DNA of 64,000 nucleotides from a virus (Duplodnaviria; Caudoviricetes): IMG/VR virus record IMGVR_UViG_2940228231_000002, positions 32,001 to 96,000 of that record; one strand, 5' to 3'. Shown piece by piece: positions 58,853 to 64,000 of this stretch (position 1 is its first letter; each line of letters starts with the position of its first letter). The notes under the pieces were generated by a model. It saw only the letters and a program-made list of their open reading frames with translations, ran no database searches and was not told where the DNA came from. The position numbers and the translations under genes were made by a program.

Positions 58853-61800
58853 ATGGGAAATGCAATAAAAAGTGGCTATCAAGTCACAGTCGGGTTAGAT
58901 ACCACGGAAATCCCGAATTATAAAGATGAAATAAATACACAGTTGAAGAATATGTCAAAAGACATCAAACTCACTGTAAAGCCCGATCTTGCGGGTATTG
59001 ACACTCTTAAAGCTGCTATTGAGCAGTTAAAAAAAGAGCAGATTGTCAAACTCACACTAGACGAATCCGAGGCAATAGCCTCAGTTAATAAAATCTCAGA
59101 TACCTTTACAAAGGCATTCACCAGTAATTTTAGTGCAAAGGCGTTTGATGGTTTTGCAGGTGCAATGAAAAATGTCAGCACTGCGTCACAAACAGTTGCA
59201 ACCGCTGCTGAAAAAGCCAAGACTGCGGTTCAACAGATTGGCAGCGTTTCAGGAGAGCAGGTTACTGATACAAATAGGTTAACTAGTAGTTTGAAAAAGT
59301 TCGCCACTGCACTTAGCGATATGGGTGGGGCTGAAGGTGGATTTGAGGCGCTTAAAACAAACGCTGCTAATATAAGTAGCATAATACAGTCTCTTACAAC
59401 TAATGAAAAAAAGATTGATATTGGTTCGGGTGCAGTTGTTAAAGACTTAGATAAAATAAGAAACAATCTTGATGGTATTAGTAGAAAAATCAAAGACTTA
59501 TCAAAAATGGATATTGATACTGATTCTATAGAAAAAGTAGCAACTGTTAAAAAATCGAAAACCACTAAAAAGGAAGAGGCAAAACCACTTGGCGAGAACA
59601 TCAATACTGGTGCAGATGAAGCCAGCAAAAAGCTAGTGAGTGTGCATGATACTTTAATTGATATTAGCAAAGCAATTGAAGCAATGCCAACGCTTGGAAT
59701 TACAAAAAGTGCTGTCGATGCAAACAAAGAACTAGGAAATGTACACAACTCTTTAATTGGTCTTGGTAAAACAATTGAAGGTATGCCAAAGGTACAAGTT
59801 GTTAAAGCTTCGACCGAGAAGCAGGCAACAGGTGGTGGCCCTAAGAAGTCTGAAGAAGAGGCGGTTCTTTCTGTTAAAAAGAAGCAGAACGATGCAGACG
59901 CTGAAAACTTAAGAATACAGGCAGAAGCTAAGGCACAGGCTAACGAAGAAGCTAGAATTTATACAGAAAAACTAACAATAGCAAAAGAACTAAATGCAGA
60001 ATATACCAAATCAATTAAGGCTGAAATTGGAAAGAGTGAAATTAACAACGTAGAAGAGCTGAAAGCCATCCGAGAAATCACCGAGGCTAATAAGAAGAAA
60101 TACAACGATTATTTAAACATAACACAATTAAATAAAGAAGATTTAGATGTTTTGCAGAAAAAGGTGTCTACCGCTGAAGAAGAGGTTAGAACCGCTCAAC
60201 AACTGGCAGAAGCTAAGCGAAAGGATAGCTTAAACAAGGACTATAGCAATGCGAATAAAACTCTACTCGGATTGGAAGACTCGCTTGTTAGAAAACGTAA
60301 GACTCTAGAGGGTACCGATAAGTTTGACAGCGATGAATATGCTAAGCAGATTGTGGAATTAAATGAAATTGTTGATTTACGCAATAGAATCAAAGAACTT
60401 CAAGATACTGGAGGCGAGCCAAGCGTTTCAGAAGTTGAAGAGCTAAAGAAGAGAACCGAGGCTTTAAAGCGGTATGAAGAAGGGCTTACAAAGGTCACAA
60501 ATGTTCGTAATATAGATGCAAAAGAACAAAGTAAATTAACATCAATCAGCCAAGCAATTACCAAAGACTTAAATGAAAATGGAAAAGCTATTAAGAAGAT
60601 AGAACCGTTATATCAGAGATATATAACGCTTCAAAACCAAATTTTTAATCAGACTATAAGTGGAGACGCAGCAAGAGAAGAACTCGCCAAGATTAGAATG
60701 GAAGCAGAAAAAGCTGGCATAACAACCAATACCCTTTTGGGACGGTTAAAGCAACTGTATAACAATAGAGGAGCTTCTATCATTGCATCTAAAGCAGTCC
60801 TTTTACTAGGTAGAGCTTTTCGTGATGTTTATCGAAATGTTGTAGATGTTGATACTGCAATGACTGAGTTGCGAAAAGTAACAAACGCAACTAGCCAAGA
60901 GTATAATGCCTTCTTAGATGGTGCTGGCGACAGAGCTCAGAAACTCGGTGCCACGCTGAAAGACGTTGTTTCGTCAAGCGCAGACTTCGCTAGATTAGGA
61001 TATAATATTCCACAAGCATCTGCACTGTCTGATACTGCACTCGTCTACTTAAATGTAGGTGACGAAGTTGAGAGCATAGATGATGCAACGAAGTCTATTA
61101 TAAGTACAATGCAGGGTTTTGGCATAGAAGCTGAAAACTCGATGAGCATTGTTGATAAATTCAACCAAGTTGGTAACGAATTTGCAACCACATCAGGTGG
61201 CATAGGTGAAGGTATGTTGCGTTCAGCAGCAGCACTACACGCCGCTAACAACTCACTAGATGAGTCAATCGCACTGTTCACAGCGGGACAGGAAGTTGTA
61301 CAAAACGCTGAAAGTATGGGGACGGTACTTAAAACCACTTCCATGCGCATCAGAGGGGCCAAGACCGACCTAGAAGAGGCTGGTGAAGACACTGATGGTA
61401 TGGCTACATCTGTCTCTAAATTAAGAGACGAACTGGTCGCCCTCACAGGTGGCTTCGATATAATGAAGAACGGTGGACAGGAATTCAAGTCCACGTATGA
61501 AATATTAAAGGGAATTTCTGATAGTTGGGAAAAGATGACAGACGTATCTCAAGCCAACGTATTAGAACTTCTAGCAGGAAAACGAAACGCTAACGCCCTT
61601 GCTGCGATTATCAAGAACTTCGATCAAGCAGAAAAGGTGCTAGCAACCTCTCAGAATAGTGCAGGCAAACAAAACTGCCTGAATGTACAGAAATGTGCAT
61701 AAAGAACAGATCTAAAACCAGTAAATCCTAAAGCTCAACTACTACAGTAGGGATGAAATATGCTGCTACGAATGTAACGAAAGTAAAACAACAGTTGAGA

Positions 61801-62307
61801 TGATATATGGACAAAATCCTAAGTATCGCTACAATGGAAGCTTGGTCGCAAAATCTCGAATAGAGACGAGTCAAACGACTATCCCATAGGACTTCGGTCA
61901 ATAGGAGTACGACGCAAATTTATGGCGTGGGTGAGAATCCCTTAAATGGAAAAGGTCTGCCCTTAACACGTTATGGTGAAGGTGAAGAAATAGTCTTAAC
62001 GTCATACGAAAGTATGAGTTTATTATCAAATATAATAAATGCAAGAGTTATGACCTTGCAAAAAATAATGAGTGCTCTGAGAGAAAACGAGATTTATCTC
62101 GATTCTATCCAAGGTAAGACAGATAAACTAACAGCCACATGGCAAGTATTATCAAACAATTTATTGTCTTCAGATGCTGTAAAAGTTGTTATCGACGGCT
62201 TTAATCTAGCACTGACGACTGTAAATGCCCTCGTCGATGCCCTCGGACTATTGCCAGGATTGATTGCCGCTATCGGCACTTCATGGGCGAAAGCTAATAA
62301 AGTAGGT
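58853..62307 (+). CDS. tape measure protein; exons 58853-61666 and 62071-62307; probably continues beyond
   Basis: VDTAMTELRKVT; DFARLGY; LKTTSMRIRG; LAGKR; spliced junction NSAG|SALRENEIYLDSIQGK. Confidence 0.85.
61667..62070 (+). ncRNA. group I intron 1 in the tape measure gene
   Basis: P1 CAGGC/GCCUG; P10 ACU/AGU; CGACTA and GAAATAGTC; terminal G; frame restored. Confidence 0.85.
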
Positions 62308-62690
62308 GAAGAATGTGCCCTCTTACCACAAGCCGTATAGGCAAGTGTTAGGAAGTTGATGACCGTCAATCATCAATACTTAATTTCCAAATTGCTGGGA
62401 CTAGCTAAAGTTCGCAGACTAAAGCGGAACTGGAAACGGTAAACGTAAATGTGGGGAAACCCAGAAAAAACATGCGAAATGGTGTAAGCTGAGATAAAAG
62501 CCCTCACGGGTGCTAACCACCACAACAATGCTAAATCAGCAGCCAACTCCCTGCCCTACTATTTGTAGAATGGGAAAGTGCCCAACGACTGTAAGGAAAT
62601 TGGAGCCCGTAAAGGACTTCTAAGAGACAGTCTGAACATGTGCAGAAATTGCACAGAGTAGAGTTGAAGTACTCTACCGCCGTAATTACA
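62308..62690 (+). ncRNA. group I intron 2 in the tape measure gene (core only; 3' end not found)
   Basis: AATTGCTGGGA; AATCAGCAG; CGACTG; AAGAGACAGTC. Confidence 0.75.
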
Positions 62691-62782
62691 ATAAAACACA
62701 ATAAGATATGATTAAACACAAATAAATATGAAGAAATAGAAAAAATGGTTGAAAATTAAACTAAGTGGTGTATAATATAAAT

Positions 62783-62870
62783 ACAAAGAAAGAGTCATAA
62801 ACGACTGGCTCAATTTGAATAGTTAAAGAAAAAACCACTCACACTGCCAAGTCGAGAGTGGTTTTTCTTT
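62783..62870 (+). ncRNA. sRNA, probable orphan type I antitoxin
   Basis: TTGAAA..TATAAT promoter and terminator hairpin; promoter block duplicated at about 62910. Confidence 0.5.
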
Positions 62871-62926
62871 ACTTCGAGCGCTTTGAAAAGACTTGACTCT
62901 GTTGAATATTGGTGTATAATATAAAT

Positions 62927-63010
62927 ACAAAGAGCTACCGATAGACGGTTAGCCAAAATGTTTAGTTGAAAAATAACCGAACCTTTGGACTTGGGCGGTT
63001 ATTTTTTATT
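62927..63010 (+). ncRNA. type I antitoxin sRNA
   Basis: TTGACT-17-TATAAT; 3' hairpin overlaps the toxin 3' end. Confidence 0.65.
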
Positions 63011-63085
63011 GCTCGTATATGTCAATATCAGTACAATTAACGTAGATACGCCAATCACTACTGACAGAGTTTCATAACTCGTCAA
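62999..63085 (-). CDS. type I toxin, holin-like, 28 aa
   Basis: GGAGGTG RBS; TTG start; MTSYETLSVVIGVSTLIVLILTYTSNKK; not in the ORF track. Confidence 0.75.
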   Translation of the reverse strand: MTSYETLSVVIGVSTLIVLILTYTSNKK

Positions 63086-63365
63086 CTTATCACCTCCCTC
63101 CGTTTATGCGATTAGGACTTGCCAAAAGGCGTACCTTACTGCAATGATAACGTGGAGGCTAACCGCCTACCGCTTTGGTAGCTCAGGTATATTATAGCGC
63201 AACATTCAAGTCTTGAAAAGGAAAAAAGTTTCACAAAATATGAGCGAGTTTTAGGAAAGATTTCACAAAATATGAATGAGTTTTAGATAAGAAAAAAGAG
63301 AGATGAAGGTCTCTCTTTTCATATGCAAAACGTACAACATTGGAGAGTGTGCGCGTTTGCCAATA

Positions 63366-63941
63366 TTATTTACTGCTCAGCTCCCATGAGTGGCCGCAGT
63401 TGTTGCAGACTTTGATCATTTTGTTGGCGCCAATCACACCAGCAACCGCACCAACGTCGAGGAATCCCGTGATCGCAGTGGTCGCTATCGCCCTGCCCCA
63501 CTTCATGCCCCGCTTCTGTACGAACAGGTCTTGGGAATTGCATTTTGGACAGTATGGCTTACTAGGGTCGTTTCCAGCAGCGATTTCAGAAGCACGCCAC
63601 TCTTCGTATTCTTTTTTATTTTGTTCATCTTTAAAGGCAATCATAGCGTCATACGCTTCTTCACTATATGAATCGCCGAGAACTTTAGATGCAATAAATT
63701 TAAATTGACCATTTATATCGTGATCAAATAGGTGCTTTTCTGTAGAAGAGTTGTATATCTTAGACCACTGATTTGAGGTATGTCCAGAATCTACAAAATC
63801 ACTACCACAAAATATACATTTACCATCTATTGCACTATACTTCTCAAAATCAGGACTCATAATACCCTTGCCACATCCTTTGCAGACAGCAAGATGTTTT
63901 TTATCAATCTTATCATATACACTAACCATATAGACCTCCAT
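63366..63941 (-). CDS. Zn-ribbon protein with Gly-rich hydrophobic segment
   Basis: CKGCG; CIFCG; CPKCNS..KRG; CNNCGHSW. Confidence 0.75.
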   Translation of the reverse strand: MEVYMVSVYDKIDKKHLAVCKGCGKGIMSPDFEKYSAIDGKCIFCGSDFVDSGHTSNQWSKIYNSSTEKHLFDHDINGQFKFIASKVLGDSYSEEAYDAMIAFKDEQNKKEYEEWRASEIAAGNDPSKPYCPKCNSQDLFVQKRGMKWGRAIATTAITGFLDVGAVAGVIGANKMIKVCNNCGHSWELSSK

Positions 63942-64000
63942 AGTTTATCAGTGTTATTATATTGATTATATCATATCTAAAAATAAAATCAAGGATCGTA

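Noticed and set aside
61927-62340. Standalone 137-aa gene
   Set aside because: The N-terminus is intron sequence; 62071-62307 is tape-measure exon 2.
63340-63708. Plus-strand ORF as the missing tape-measure exon
   Set aside because: It is antisense to the credible Zn-ribbon gene and has no tape-measure character.

Overview
This is a 64-kb piece of a large SPbeta-like siphophage or prophage, probably infecting a Bacillota host (host inferred). The left arm (1-20.3 kb, minus strand) holds small accessory genes, a DNA methyltransferase, an IscB/omegaRNA element, and a ubiquitin-like conjugation operon (Ubl, E2-like, JAB, E1/ThiF) that runs into a retron-type reverse transcriptase (RT). Transcription switches strand at about 20.3-21.3 kb. 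The right arm (plus strand) holds a tyrosine recombinase, a YonO-like RNA polymerase split by three group I introns, HU, a tRNA cluster with a large structured RNA, a radical-SAM/U32/glycosyltransferase/DAHP-synthase cluster around a repeat-rich substrate protein, and the head-tail module. The tape-measure gene has two more group I introns and is followed by a type I toxin-antitoxin locus. The best candidate for a new system is one retron RT with four dispersed retron-like ncRNA cassettes: 2680-2847, 10727-10910, and the identical pair 6001-6348 and 7751-8098 inside a perfect 400-bp direct repeat flanking the RT. These share a covarying msr-like module but have unrelated msd templates, and two lie inside the Ubl operon. 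All calls come from reading motifs by eye; no database searches were run.
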